A DNA stretch of 64,000 nt from Paraspadella gotoi (Eukaryota > Animalia > Chaetognatha): the NCBI GenBank assembly GCA_051294375.1, contig CM119270.1:17953710-18017709 (forward strand). The letters are read 5' to 3'. Below, piece after piece: positions 50,701 to 63,245 of the stretch; position 1 is the stretch's first letter; each line of letters begins with the position of its first letter. A model generated the notes under the pieces. That model did no database searches and was not told the DNA's origin. It saw only the letters and a list, made by a program, of their open reading frames with translations. Made by a program: the position numbers and the translations under genes.

Positions 50701-53700
50701 TAGAGCCGGAGGGGCCTGGAGACCCTGGTGGGGCGCACCCTTATGGACAGGGCGCCTCTGGTCACCACCCCCGGTTCAGCATCGTCAGCAACCACCTCAC
50801 CACCCCCAACCACCTCCCAAAGTCCCACAAAAGTCACTACGAGTTGGTGGTGGAGGACGAGAAGGAGGATCACAAATACTGGGACGTGTCGGGAAGCCGC
50901 CTTTCCCAGGTAAGGGTTGTTAGGGTTGGCTTGTGAATTAAGGTTTTGGGAGGGAGTAGTATGGTGGATTGGGTAGTTTAGGTGGAGAACGGGTGCGTGG
51001 TAGACTCGGATGGGAGTAGGGTAAAGTAAGATAAATTTGTTAGTTTGTTAGTTTCTAAGATCATCAGCTCATTTTATGAGACTCAATTTCTTTGCAGGTA
51101 TACTATGCATAAAGTGCAATACTTGGATGTTATTTGTCACTCAGAAAGCCTAATAATTTAATCAGATAATGTAGGTTGAAATTAAACACAAGAATTAATC
51201 ATAAGAATTTAAATTTATGGTAACTACATTTAGAAGAATTTGAAGAACTCGAGTTATCAAATTGTCAAAACTGAAAAAAATATAAAACTTTGTGTCCAAA
51301 AATATTTAACGAATCAAAGAGACGATTGCGATTGCTTGGGTGAACTACCATCTTTTTCCCCACTATTTTTTTTAATTTACCCCATAACCACCCCACCCTA
51401 AACCACCTCTCCCCTTAACCACAGTGGTGCCTGATTCGACCGCAAGAACTCCTCATTTTCCTCTTCTTGGTCGGACTTGTCGGCATCGTGATCCTCCTCA
51501 TCTACCTTGTCTTTCTCACGCCGGGAACACTCAAAGAAGACCCAAGGTGAGAGAGAGAGAGAGAGACGTTTCAATACATTTAATGTATTTATTGTAGTTG
51601 TCTCTTTATTGATGATCTAAACATATAAGTTTTCAATGGCAAAATTGATGTATAGATTTGTTAACTGTTAGCATAGTGTTTCTTTCACAAGCAAATCATT
51701 TAGACGTTGCGTTAGTATTTCACGACTAATTCTAGACGTTCAAGAGATCCGAATCGGAAAGTCATGAATCATGAAAGTGATGCATTGCTAATGACTTTAT
51801 TTTGTAGCTAATTAATGATAAGGAATAAATATTTAAAAAAAAACGATTGTTTATGAACAAAATTATATTTAAAAATCAAAATGCAAGGACATTGGCAGTG
51901 TTTATCTTTGTTTATTTTTGTGGCAAAAGTTTTAAAAATTTACGTTTAACTAAACACACGAGATTTTGTTTTTCAATCTGACGATATACTTTTTGTTGAA
52001 AGTTAAATAACAGGTAGTTTAGCTCATTAAACTCACTCAATATTCTTCTACTTTCATTTTCCTTTCCTTAACCACATCGTCTTTTATAGGTACCCCAAGA
52101 TCCCTAGGTAAGTAAAAATGTGGTAATGTTGCATGGTTCGACCTTACCTTTTATTCAATTGCATGAAGATTGCAGTGTAGGGTCAAGTCAAGTCAGAAAC
52201 AAATCAAATTTTTTTGTTTATAATTGTTATTTTCTAGTAAGTATTTCACCTATAAATCTCAGATTAAGGAAAATAAACGCTAAAACTCAAGGTTGAAACG
52301 AGTCACCAATTTAAAATATTTTTTTTCTTTTTCTCTTTTTCTCTTCTTTTCAGTGAAAACAATTCCACAAAACCTTACTACAGATTACAGATTAATGATA
52401 AGTCGCAATGGCTTGAGAGGTAAGACAAGGGTACAATGCACGTTTTTTTTTTAAATATATTCGCATTATTCGTAACTATAAAAAAATGTATAATGAAAAT
52501 CTTTCTCCCATTCCCCCTCTCTCCCAACAAAGGGTTGACCTCACTGAAGAAGTGTTTGGACGCAGATCAAAAAGCAGAGGCTGACCAAAAAAATTTCTCC
52601 ATCTTCCCAAAATGGGAACGTGAATAGTTATAATAATTATAAATATCTTTCTTGTTAGACAAAAAAAAAATGTTACATCTCTCCTCGCGGACGTTTTTTT
52701 AAAAATTTTTTCTCGAGTCCGAAACGCCGCGAGGATAACAACAACAACAGCAATAGAGTGAGTGAGTATTTTTAAAATCTTTCCAATGCTTTTCTCGGAG
52801 AGACCTGATTGAACTACAAGACGGAATAAAAGAACAACAAGAGCTACCAACATCACAACAACAACAACAACAAAAATCATCATCCACCAAGTATGCCATT
52901 ATAACCTTTGATTAAAACCGACCAAAAAAAAAATATGTGTTGACTCATTGTGCAGGATACAAAGTTTAATGTAAATCAGCGTAGCGGTGTCACTAATTAT
53001 TTCTTGTTGCGCCTTAGTACCTATCGTTTAATTATTAGCCACATTTTAAGTAAAAAGAGGAAAAAAAAAACTTGTTCTTTGCATAATGAAGCAATACTTT
53101 TTTTTTTTGAAAAATACAATCAGTTGCTATTATAGATGAATACATATTCCAATTCCCCAAGTTAGATAAATCATTCTTCATAAGGACTAATTCATTTCCC
53201 GCATACTGAATTATACTATTGTTAAGCTTATTTTTAAGTACATTGTTAAAGATATTGTTAAATCGTAATCGAAAGCAAGAGTGTTTTACTTGCGGCGATT
53301 ACAGCTGTTCTTTTTTTTCTCTCGGACACCCTGAAAAAAAACATACTAAAAATAAATTTTAAATTAATTTAAGGCAAAAAAATGTTTTTTTAAAGTTTTT
53401 CAGCGATGTCTGTAGAGTATAAAGTACGAATTATCTGCAGTCAATTTAGTTTACGATTCACTTTGTTATATTGACATTGAACTCATAAGTATTCTCATCA
53501 ACTTAAAACGATGAAGTTCTTTAATTGTATTTTTTACGGAACTTTCTTCGTAACTTGGCTGATGGAAAGGATTAGTTTTAAATATGGTGAGTGAATTTTA
53601 ATCATTATCCTAAAGTGGAAAGCGTTAAGAAAAACTATCATTGAAAGCTAATCCTAACTTTTGGCTACGAAGTAGTAAAGTAGTTTAGGAAAACTTAATA

Positions 53701-56003
53701 TATTGGCCATATATTTAACGTGAAGCAGTGAAAAAAAAAACAAAACAAAAAAACATCGACGCACGGAGTTTTGTCGATCGCAAAAAATATCCAACTCGAA
53801 TCACTGCCTTTTTCCTGCTTTTAAAACGAACAAGTAGATGACTCTTTTCATTGTAGATATCGTTGTCACGGAATTCATCTTAACAGTAAAAAAACAAAAA
53901 CAAACAAAAGTAGATATCATTAGAAAAAAAAAAACCAAAATCTGAAACCGAGAATGTTTTCCTTTTAATCCTTTAAACATTCTCTCCCTCCCGAATTAAG
54001 AATCTCGGAAAAATAAACAAAAAAAAACAAAAAAAAACAAAGTAGTCTCCGTCATAGTTATTTTTAACTAAGTTCACAACATTCATTAGAGTCTTGTGAA
54101 AAGATGATCGCGATTGTAATTGTGATAAGGAAACGACTTTTTTTCACGGCTCGTCGTTTTTTTTGAATCGGAGTTCGTGACTTCGATTCACGAACGAGCT
54201 CGGACTTCCGACTCCGAATGTTCATTTGTTTTCCTTTTAAATTTTTTTTTTGTTTGCTATTTATTCGCTTCGTCGCGCCCTCTCTCGGGGTTTTTCGGAG
54301 TCCGAATGTTTCTTTCACGACAAGAACCGGTCACCTATCACACGTTAGCCTTTCAAGCCATTGAAGAATAGCATTTGATAACACCTTTAACTGCATTTTA
54401 TGTTCCTTACACGCATTCCATGAATCATTTTTATTTAAAAAAAAAAAATGCCATTAGAGATATAATTCGTGACCGGACGGCAGTATCAATTGGTCCTTAG
54501 AATTTTTTCGGTGTTTTTACTAATTCGTTTCAGTTCTCCATTTTCTCTCCAATACCAACATATGGTCTTGAAATTGTTACGTCAAGTAAATTAATAATGT
54601 ATAAATGAAATTGTGCGACCTGCAGCTTGTTTCTCACAGTGAGTCGAAGGAGCTGTTTGATTTGCCTACTCTTGCACAGTAGTATTTTTTTAATTTAGAT
54701 GAGTTTATATATATATCAACCTGTTAAGTTTGTAGATGTAGGAAATTTTTCTGGTTTCAAGAAGGGTGGAGACGACGACTAAAAAAAAAAAAACAAAAAA
54801 CGTGACCCTGCATATACGCTATATCCGATAAAATGCAGTTAACCATCTCGGTATTTTGAAACAGATACAAATTTAACGAATGGAATCCCGAAAACATATA
54901 ATTACATTTTTTTTTTTCAATTATTTTCTCTTTTTCAGAAGTAAACTTTTAACTAATGTCTTTATTTACCCCCCCTTTTTTTTTTGTATCTTCAAATAAC
55001 AAAACCGAGTTTTGCTTTGATCACGTACAGAAACATTTCAGTGGCCAAAACGGAAAAAAACAGCTTTTCATTAATCTGTATATTTTCTTCAGTGACTTCA
55101 AACTAACTCTTTAGTTTCCACCATCGATCAAAAAAAAGAAAAAAAAGAGGGGATCCATAGTTTTATTACTAATAACTTTGGAAGCGCTTGTTGTAAAAGC
55201 TTGTCTCCCAAAGTCTCATGACGTTATTCACACCCGTAGAGGAAAATCATCTGTGTTAATTTTGTTTTACGTCCAAGATATGTTACCAGCAACGTGTTGA
55301 CTTATCATCATTGTATCTTTTTAAAAAAAAAAACTAACCACACAATCCCTGAAACACTGAAGAAAAATTGTTTTCTCTGTAAATAATCGTAACGCGTTGG
55401 ATGTTTAAAAAAAAAATACGAACGTTGTAAAGATAAGACATAAAAAAGAGCAAAAATAAAAGAACAACAAAGAAAATATCCCATCCAAAAAAAAACAAAC
55501 AAAAAAACTAAATGTACAGAGTGTCGTCGCCTGATTGTTTTTCAAAGCTGGAAATATTTCATGTTTCCTTCTTATTTTTCTTTTTTTTTCACAAAATTTA
55601 CTATTTTTTTTGTCTCCCTCTGACACGTGACTCTCTCTCTCTCTCTCATTCTGTACTTTAAGTTTTCTTAGTTTTTTTTTCGTCCAAAAAAGGAAAAAAA
55701 ATGCTCGAAGATATTGTTCAAATAATTTGCAATTGTCTTTTTGGAGCGATCGCTGCAAACCATGTGCAACTCTTACTAGTCATTCCATTGTCAATTTTTT
55801 CAAAAAACTAAATTAATGTTCTTTTTTTTTTCTAGATTATTTGTTAAGATTTTTTTTTTAGTAATCGTGTCCAATAATGTAGTAGGCGTAAAAGTTTTAA
55901 CCCGATAAAATATTTTTTCTCAAGTTTTTTTTTTTTCCGAAAACCAAAAAAATCCAATGAAACAAATTCTGACATTTCTGTCAGAAAAATAATAATAATT
56001 AAA

Positions 56004-56013
56004 NNNNNNNNNN
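56004..56013. other. Assembly gap, 10 N, with ~45 bp duplicated across it
   Basis: tgaaacaaattctgac.tttctgtcagaaaaataataataat appears on both sides of the gap. Confidence 0.95.
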
Positions 56014-59000
56014 TGAAACAAATTCTGACTTTTCTGTCAGAAAAATAATAATAATAAAAAAAAGAAGAATTCGAGTCATGACCCTGCTTTCCTTGATTTC
56101 AGTTATGTCGCGCACCTAATCATTTGTGAGAAAAAAAATAAATCACATAATGTTATCTACTACACTAGTATTTAATTGCTTGCTTCACCAAATGTAGTAG
56201 TAGTCGCATCCTACAGTTGCCAGCAACCTCCCGCGATTGCCCAAAAAAAAAAAAAAAATAGCCTAAATGGGATTAAATAAGAGCTTTAATTATGCTTAAA
56301 ATAAAAGGTTGCGTCCGAGTTAATAAGTTCTTTCTTTTTCCAAAAAAAAAGGTAGGTAGAAAAGAAAACTTTTAACTCGGATTAGAAATAATAAAAGCAA
56401 TTGTATGGATGCTGTAGTCATTCCTTTATTTGCAGCCTTTTCTTGACTTTCAGTTATTTTCAAAATTTTCCATTATTATCTATTTTTTTATCTTTCATAG
56501 ATACCATAGTTTAGTTTACACTGGCCAAAGTGTTGTCTATACCTAGATTCCTTACATCTTTATATGTGCCTGAGTTTCAATCAAATACGTACCTGAATAA
56601 AAAAAAAAGGAAGATGCCCCTGGGTTGTTAAGGAGAATTCATCTCGGAAAAAAGAAAAAGAAGACTAAATACAGGTAACGCCAAAGATTTTATAATGTAG
56701 TTTTTTGTATTTTTCAAATATTTGTTTTACATATTTTATATGGGTAATAATAAAAATTAAAAAATAAAATCAAAAACACAACCTGTGGAGCACCAGTGAG
56801 ATTCATAGCTGTCGTCTCATCTCTTTTAACTTAAGATGCTTAATATTTATCGTAACATAATATTGTATTATAACTTAATAAGTCTAAATGATAATGAAAA
56901 CGTCACGAGTGATGAAATAAAGAATATTATCTAAAGATTGTTTTTAAAATAATCAAAAAATGTTAAAAGACGATGAGCAATCCCGGAGTTTATAACAAAA
57001 TTACCTCCTTTCCCCCCTGTTTCATTTCCAAGTAGATTAGGCTAATACATAACATGGTCGATATCAACCCTAATTTCTTTTTAATAAAATGGACCAAAAT
57101 CAATCCTAATTTCGAATCTCTAAATGGTATGACGCATCCTCGCCATCATATTTTCATCTCCTTGCTTCTTTTTTTCTACTCACCGACAATATATCATTTA
57201 ATTAATATAAAGACTAACTCGGAAAAGTATAATATGTGCGGCCCACTAAAATTAAAACTAGACTAAAAGTTCCCCCCCTTTCTCTCGTTGCCCTTTTTTC
57301 CCCTTTAGAATTCGTCCGACACGTTATTTTTGTTTGGATGTCCACTAGAGGAGCTCTTTTCCCTTTCCCGTTTGACCGCTCAACTGTTTTTTTTATTTTT
57401 ATGTTTAGTGGGAGGGGAAATAAAACGGCTCCCTCTCACTCTCTGACTGTAACATATATCTGCGTATATATATATATACATATATTTAGAAACTAAAATT
57501 GAGTAGAATAGTAAACCGATTAACTTCAGGTTTTTATTTTCAATAATAAAAAAAAATTAGAGGAAGTAAGGTTTTTAACAAAAAAAACCTTATTCCACCG
57601 ATAATATTTCTTTTTTTATTTTTCTTTCCGCTGAATATCGACTTTAATGACGTCGATCCTTCAAACGCGGTTTTTTTTATGGAAAGAACCAAAGTTTCTA
57701 AATGAGAAACGAGAAAATAAAGTCATTTCAAATTTATGAATATGTGTATATATTCATAACCGGGAAATTTGTCATATTTTTTTATCCGAGACATTGCCGA
57801 CCTTTAAGTCCGAATCAGAGAGTCGATCGCATTGAGAAAAAAAAAGGAACCAAAACAAAAAAATTATGACCGAATCTAGATGAAAAATAGGAAACGTAAG
57901 CCTCACATTTAAGCTCCGCCCTTTTTCCCCCATTCCCGATGAAAATAACAAAAACAAAAGGTCAAAGCAAAAACAAAGAAAAAAAAACGATAGAGAGAGA
58001 ACAATATACCAAGAATTCAAATATAAATTTAAAAAAATACAAATATAAAAAAAAAAGAAACTCATACACACACAAAAAAAAAACGAGGAAAAAAAAAGAG
58101 TGAATGAAACGAGAAGGAATTTGAGAGGCGGACGTCACCTGTAGGCCACGCTCTCACAAGCACGCTCACATTCACGCACAATCACACGCCACACCATATT
58201 TTTCGCACCATCTCGTCTTTATATATATTTGCGGGTTCTTTATTTTTTTACTTCCATTTCACAGCAAAAAAAAAGAAGGAAATCCCTCACATTAATTTTT
58301 CTTTTTTTTTTCTCACACACATTTTTACTGCCTTTTTGCAGTTTGAATGATACAATATATAGACGAATATTTATTTATACATACCATTGGTATTCGGTTA
58401 CCAATTTTTTTCCCTTTTTCATTATTATTATTAATATTACTATTATTTTTTCACATTGAATTTTTTCACACTCAATTACGAACGAGCTGTATTCTAGCAA
58501 AAGCCGTGAGTTAATTCACTTTTCTTTTTCTACTTAACTTTTTTTCTTTCGTAGGTTTTTCTCTGTGGATATCATTGCCTGGGCGTCAATGGAGAAATTA
58601 TTTTGAACATCGGGACTCAATCGTGAAAGATATGAAGTGTGAACGCAGTGAATAAAATCAATCACGTGATTTTGGAAAGTGAGAGAATAAACTAATGAGC
58701 TTATAAGTATATTCGTTAGGTTTTCATTTTTTCTGATGATTTTTTTTAGGTTTGAGGTCTAATGTGACAATTTAAGATATTTATCACGATAATAACGAAA
58801 ATAATATCGAAAAAAAAACATACCTAAATTTCCGCTACATAAGTACGATAAACAAGTCGAAACGATTGAACGAATCCCGATGCTCGATTGTTTTCTCCCG
58901 AAAAACGCGCTTCTCGGAATGGATAATCCGCTTTTTAGTCCTTTTTTGATTTCCTTTAAATCCGCTGGGTAGCACTGGGTTCGCTTGCTTCGCTACTAAC

Positions 59001-60442
59001 AAATGATCAGTTTCCCAAAAAATCTGCGTTTTGATCTGCGCATATCATTTTCTTAGCCGATTTTTTTTTTAAATAGTTCTCAGTCATCCTCGTCATCAAG
59101 CTTGAAATCAAGACCGAAAAGCGGATGATTAAAAAAAAAAAGATGATAAAAAGATGAATAAATGATATTTCAAAAAATCAAAATAATAACGAACAAAGAA
59201 ATCATTGCCTTGTAGTAAGGGGGTTCTTAGTAGATAAAAACCGAATTTTTTTTTATTTTTACGATTTTAAAACAGAAAGTCGTAATTATATCGAAAAAAA
59301 AGAAGAAAAAAAACGGCATAGTTGTTTTTTTTATAAAAAAAACTTCCGTTTTAAACGTGTATATTCATGTGTAAACCAAAAAAAGTGAGCCAAGCCTTGA
59401 CTTAATTGAAAGTTCACTCCTTCTAACCAACCTTCAGAGCCTCTGACGACTTAATCACTAAACTATAAACTAAAAACAAGTTTTTATCTTTTTAGATAAA
59501 AAAAAACAAACTTATCATACTTTCTATACCAATCTCTCCCACCCACCCAATCGGAAAGCGACCCATTAAAAATCGCATTGTAAACAAATTTTTATTTAAA
59601 AAAAAAATCATTTATTGATATTGTCGATTTTCTCTCTCTCTCTCTGTTTCCTATAGACAAACGGGCATACGAACGAATACCAAAAAAAAAAATACCAAAG
59701 CGAAACAAAATAAAAACAAAGACAAAACACAAAACAGGCCAGATCGATCAAGTCCTTTTTCCCTTCGGCAACGCAAATGGCGCTCGCAATTTCAGTTTTA
59801 TTTTCTTTTTTTTTGTTGTCATTTTACATTTTTACAATTTTGGTAATTTACATAAAAGGCATATCACGCGTTGCTCTTTCGTTTTTTTTCTTTCCCGACG
59901 GATAGAAAACGAATACTTGTCAGTCTCTCTTCCCCGAAAAGAAATGTATAATTGTATGATCAAGATGTAAGGGGACGTAAGTATTTGAGTATTTGGGTAT
60001 TTGGGTATTTTGGTATTTGGGTATTTGGATATTGGGTATTTGGGCATTTGGGTATTTGGGTATTTGGGTACTTCCTTTCAGATAAAACAAAATACTTTAC
60101 AACGAAATTCATTCCTAAAGTACTTTCAGGTTTAACAGCAATAAATAAATGAGCCATTGACTATTTTAGTGTAGTAATAAACGTAAATGTAAATGTAAGC
60201 CCGGAGGCAACTTGCCGACTCGGTCGTTTAAAACCCTTTCATGAACCGCCAAGGCCAAGGCCCTTACCTCTGCCTTGGTAAGTTATCTCTTCCCTTTTCA
60301 TCCTCATCTTTCGGTTTTATTTGTAAACCTCTTAGTAACTTCCCTTTTTTGCACTCGTTACAAAAAAAAAAAAAGAAAAGAACTTAATATACATTTCAAC
60401 GTTCGTTTTTATCCCCTGTTGGTTATTTCCCTTTCCCTTCTT

Positions 60443-60499
<57 letters not shown>

Positions 60500-60827
60500 C
60501 TCACTCTCTCTCTCACTCTGTTTTCAATTAGACCTATTTTTAAAATGTTTTTTATTCGTCGGGAAGGCAAAAACTAGCCGGAGACGCTTGGATGACGTCA
60601 GAGAATCGTCAAAAATAACGTCACTATTTTAACAGTCATAATTAAATCATGAAGATTTTATAGATATTAACATGTCCAACCTTTTTTCATTTGTTTCGAT
60701 GTCATTGAATGTCTTGCGTTACCGACGTCGATTTCATCCATTTATTAATTAATTAATTAATTATACATGCCCAGAAATACAATTTCTCATCGCGTTGAAT
60801 GAATGACGTTATTTTCGGCGTCGACTT

Positions 60828-60917
60828 TCCGGCGTCATCCGGCGTCGTCCGAAGTCGTCAGATGTCTTCCGGCATCGTCGGGCGTTGTCCGGCATCGTCG
60901 GGCGTCATCCGGCTTCA
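60828..60917 (+). repeat. 10-bp CpG-rich minisatellite, 9 units, consensus TCCGGCGTCG
   Basis: tccggcgtca tccggcgtcg tccgaagtcg tcagatgtct tccggcatcg tcgggcgttg tccggcatcg tcgggcgtca tccggcttca. Confidence 0.9.
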
Positions 60918-62050
60918 GAGCGACGCGATTTTTTTTTTCCCGGGCGCTCGAATCCACGTGATTCGTCTCGAAGTCGATTTTCCCTCCTCCGTCTCTGTCA
61001 CACACAAAATTCCATTTCTCACTCACACACTCACGCAAAAAAAAGACGCCGACCAGTGAAACAAACAAAATCTCACTCCAAAAAAAAAAAAAAGATAAAT
61101 AAATTCCATGACTCATTTGATAAAAAAAAAAATATCGTACTTTCTGTACTTTCTTTCATTTTTTTAGTTTATTAACGAAACAAACAATACAAACAACGAA
61201 GACAAATGTACAATAAAAAAGAGAGAGAGAAAAAAAGAAAAGAAAATAAAAAAAAATATGTAATGACGCTGCCCCTAATTTTTCCCTCCTCCCCTTCCTT
61301 CCTTTCCCCCCCCCCCACATTTTGTAAATAGTCTGTACTGTGTGAATTAGAAAACAAAAAAATACAGAAAAAAGAAAACGAATGTATCGATGATTTCAAA
61401 AGTTTTCATTCATAGAAAATATAATTACATGATGCACAAACTAATTAAAACAAAAACAAAAAAAACAAACCTTTCCTGTTGTACAAGATTTTTTTTTTCG
61501 CCTCCTTTCATTATTTTTTTCCATTTCAATCCGAGAAATTTCGCATCGTTAGGTTTTTACTGTACGTAGGGGGTTTTCTCCCCCCCCCCCACGTTTTCAT
61601 TCGATTCGAAACAAAGTAGCAAGATAGAATACAGTGCGTACCAGTTAGTTCGAAAAATCATGGGGCTTTAGTGGAAAATAGGAGTAAAAAAAACGTTGAT
61701 TGGAACTGTGGTTTCTCTTTTAAAATAAAATTTGGGTACGATAGCAGTTTATTGGCCAGTTCAGCGTAGTCCAGATAATTCACAATATATATTCACGTTT
61801 TACGAAAGTGAAAACCGAGAGATTCGTCGATAGAATGTGTATGAAAGATAGGTTATCAGGTAATATACGCATTTCAAATATAAATGTAAATGTTATTGAG
61901 TTCATTATCCATTAATTATTTTTAGCACTATTATTTAGCATTATTAGTCTATTATTTTGCCATTTTTCAGTCAGTTGTAAAAGTCGTTAAGAACTACGAA
62001 GCTAAAAAAAACATATTTCAAATTAGAAAAATACTGCTAATTTTTAATAA

Positions 62051-62345
62051 TTATTTAAAATCGGTTGTATCTTCTTTGCAGGTTTGATAAAACTGGTCGT
62101 TTCGCCAAAAGCATTTTAAACGTCGAAAAATATTGTCTGTGTGAATGAAATGAAGGCAGTTATAGTATAAAGAAAAAATTATAAGAAACAGTACAATGTC
62201 TAGCAAAAGACTAGTATAATCCTAAAAATTTGAAAAAAAAAAATCGAAACAGCAAACTGCTCACTTGTTTGAATAGGACATAGAGGGCAATCAAAAACAG
62301 CGTTACCCAGAAAACTATTACCGAGTTAAAACAAGAACACTTTAG
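62051..62345 (-). CDS. Possible in-frame C-terminal extension of gene B beyond TAA: 62345-62265 and 62221-62051, two hydrophobic helices
   Basis: LKCSCFNSVIVFWVTLFLIALYVLFKQ, then a 43-nt gtgagc..tttttag intron, then DYTSLLLDIVLFLIIFSLYYNCLHFIHTDNIFRRLKCFWRNDQFYQTCKEDTTDFK*: 83 open codons in AT-rich DNA. Confidence 0.4.
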
Positions 62346-63245
62346 TTATTTTTTAGCTAAGTAATCTATAAAATATTAACGCAATCAACATTAAATATTA
62401 AAAATTTCTCACCGTAAGAGGGAGTTTTGCGGGCGGAATTTTTTATTCCAATTTGATCGTTCATCTTTGGAATTTGAGGCAAAGAAACAGAGAGATCCGA
62501 ATCGCGAGGTTTATCTGACATTCGAGGTATTTTAATGATTAATAATGAGTTAATATATCAAATATATATTAACATATTATGATAAGTATTTTGTATTATT
62601 TACCCGATAACAGAGATTCCGCTCTTTTCGTCCACCAAGCTGAAAGATTGAGACGAAAGCGTTTTTTTTGTTTTTAATAAATCAATTAATTAATTATTCA
62701 ATCAAAATTAGTAATAGTATACTCACTGTTTCTCTTTTCGATGTCCCGATAGTGATAATTTTGAATTGACATTTTCGGTCTCAAGATGTAACCTGAAAAA
62801 AACGATATTGTGGTGGTATATTCACACCGCCTCATGTCCGCCTTCCTTCAGCCAAATCCATTGGCTCAGAGTGGGAACACACCATCCCAGGCGTAGTGTT
62901 CCATCCACAGTCCTAACGACTTCCCTCTGCGTTGGCAAAGAGAGACCGTCCGAGGGTAACCGCGCCAGTGACTGGAGGCGTCACTGAGGGTCGGAAGCTC
63001 CCAAAGTCAACAGTGAGATGCCCCCTCCCAATGGGCATCACAGGCAACCCGGCTGTTGCCATAATATACAATTTTCCGAAACCAGGACTGACATTAATCA
63101 GGGTCAATGATATATTTCAATAAATAAATTGATACATCATTAAGTAAATAACCATACCGCTTGTGATTATGTTTGAAGAAAGAAATGAAATGATAATCGC
63201 CGCTCTTAAAAGATAATGTTGACGATTGTCTCTCTGATTGATCAT
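62346..63245 (-). CDS. Gene B: 103-aa secreted neuropeptide-precursor-like protein; exons 63245-63158, 62792-62727, 62639-62604, 62514-62413, 62365-62346
   Basis: Four GT-AG introns, all phase 1, give MINQRDNRQHYLLRAAIIISFLSSNIITSGYILRPKMSIQNYHYRDIEKRNTWWTKRAESLLSDKPRDSDLSVSLPQIPKMNDQIGIKNSARKTPSYDYLAKK* with no base correction. Start context GTCACCATG; signal-peptide-like N-terminus; KR, KR, RK and KK dibasic sites. Confidence 0.75.
62812..63060. other. GC-rich, hairpin-dense intronic island: candidate structured ncRNA or SINE-like insertion
   Basis: Perfect stems agccaa/ttggct, ggaacac/gtgttcc, cagtgac/gtcactg, gatgccc/gggcatc and ggcaac/gttgcc, with sharp boundaries against the AT-rich intron. 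Confidence 0.45.

Larger units (their letters stand above)
45885..60520 (-). repeat. Copy 4, inverted (right arm); gene A exons on the + strand at 45885-46067, 50641-50909, 51425-51546, 52090-52107 and 52533-52619
   Basis: 45885 ccgccgccgatcccg is the reverse complement of 45756-45770. Similarity can be followed to ~60420 (60265 ttacctctgccttggtaa matches 14191-14209) and fades in the CT repeat. Confidence 0.95.

Noticed and set aside
1-60520. Gene A copies as a pseudogene cluster, or the inverted arms as giant transposon or viral terminal repeats
   Set aside because: Differences are indel-dominated like raw long-read error, identity blocks abut N gaps, and no transposase, integrase, polymerase or capsid ORF is visible.
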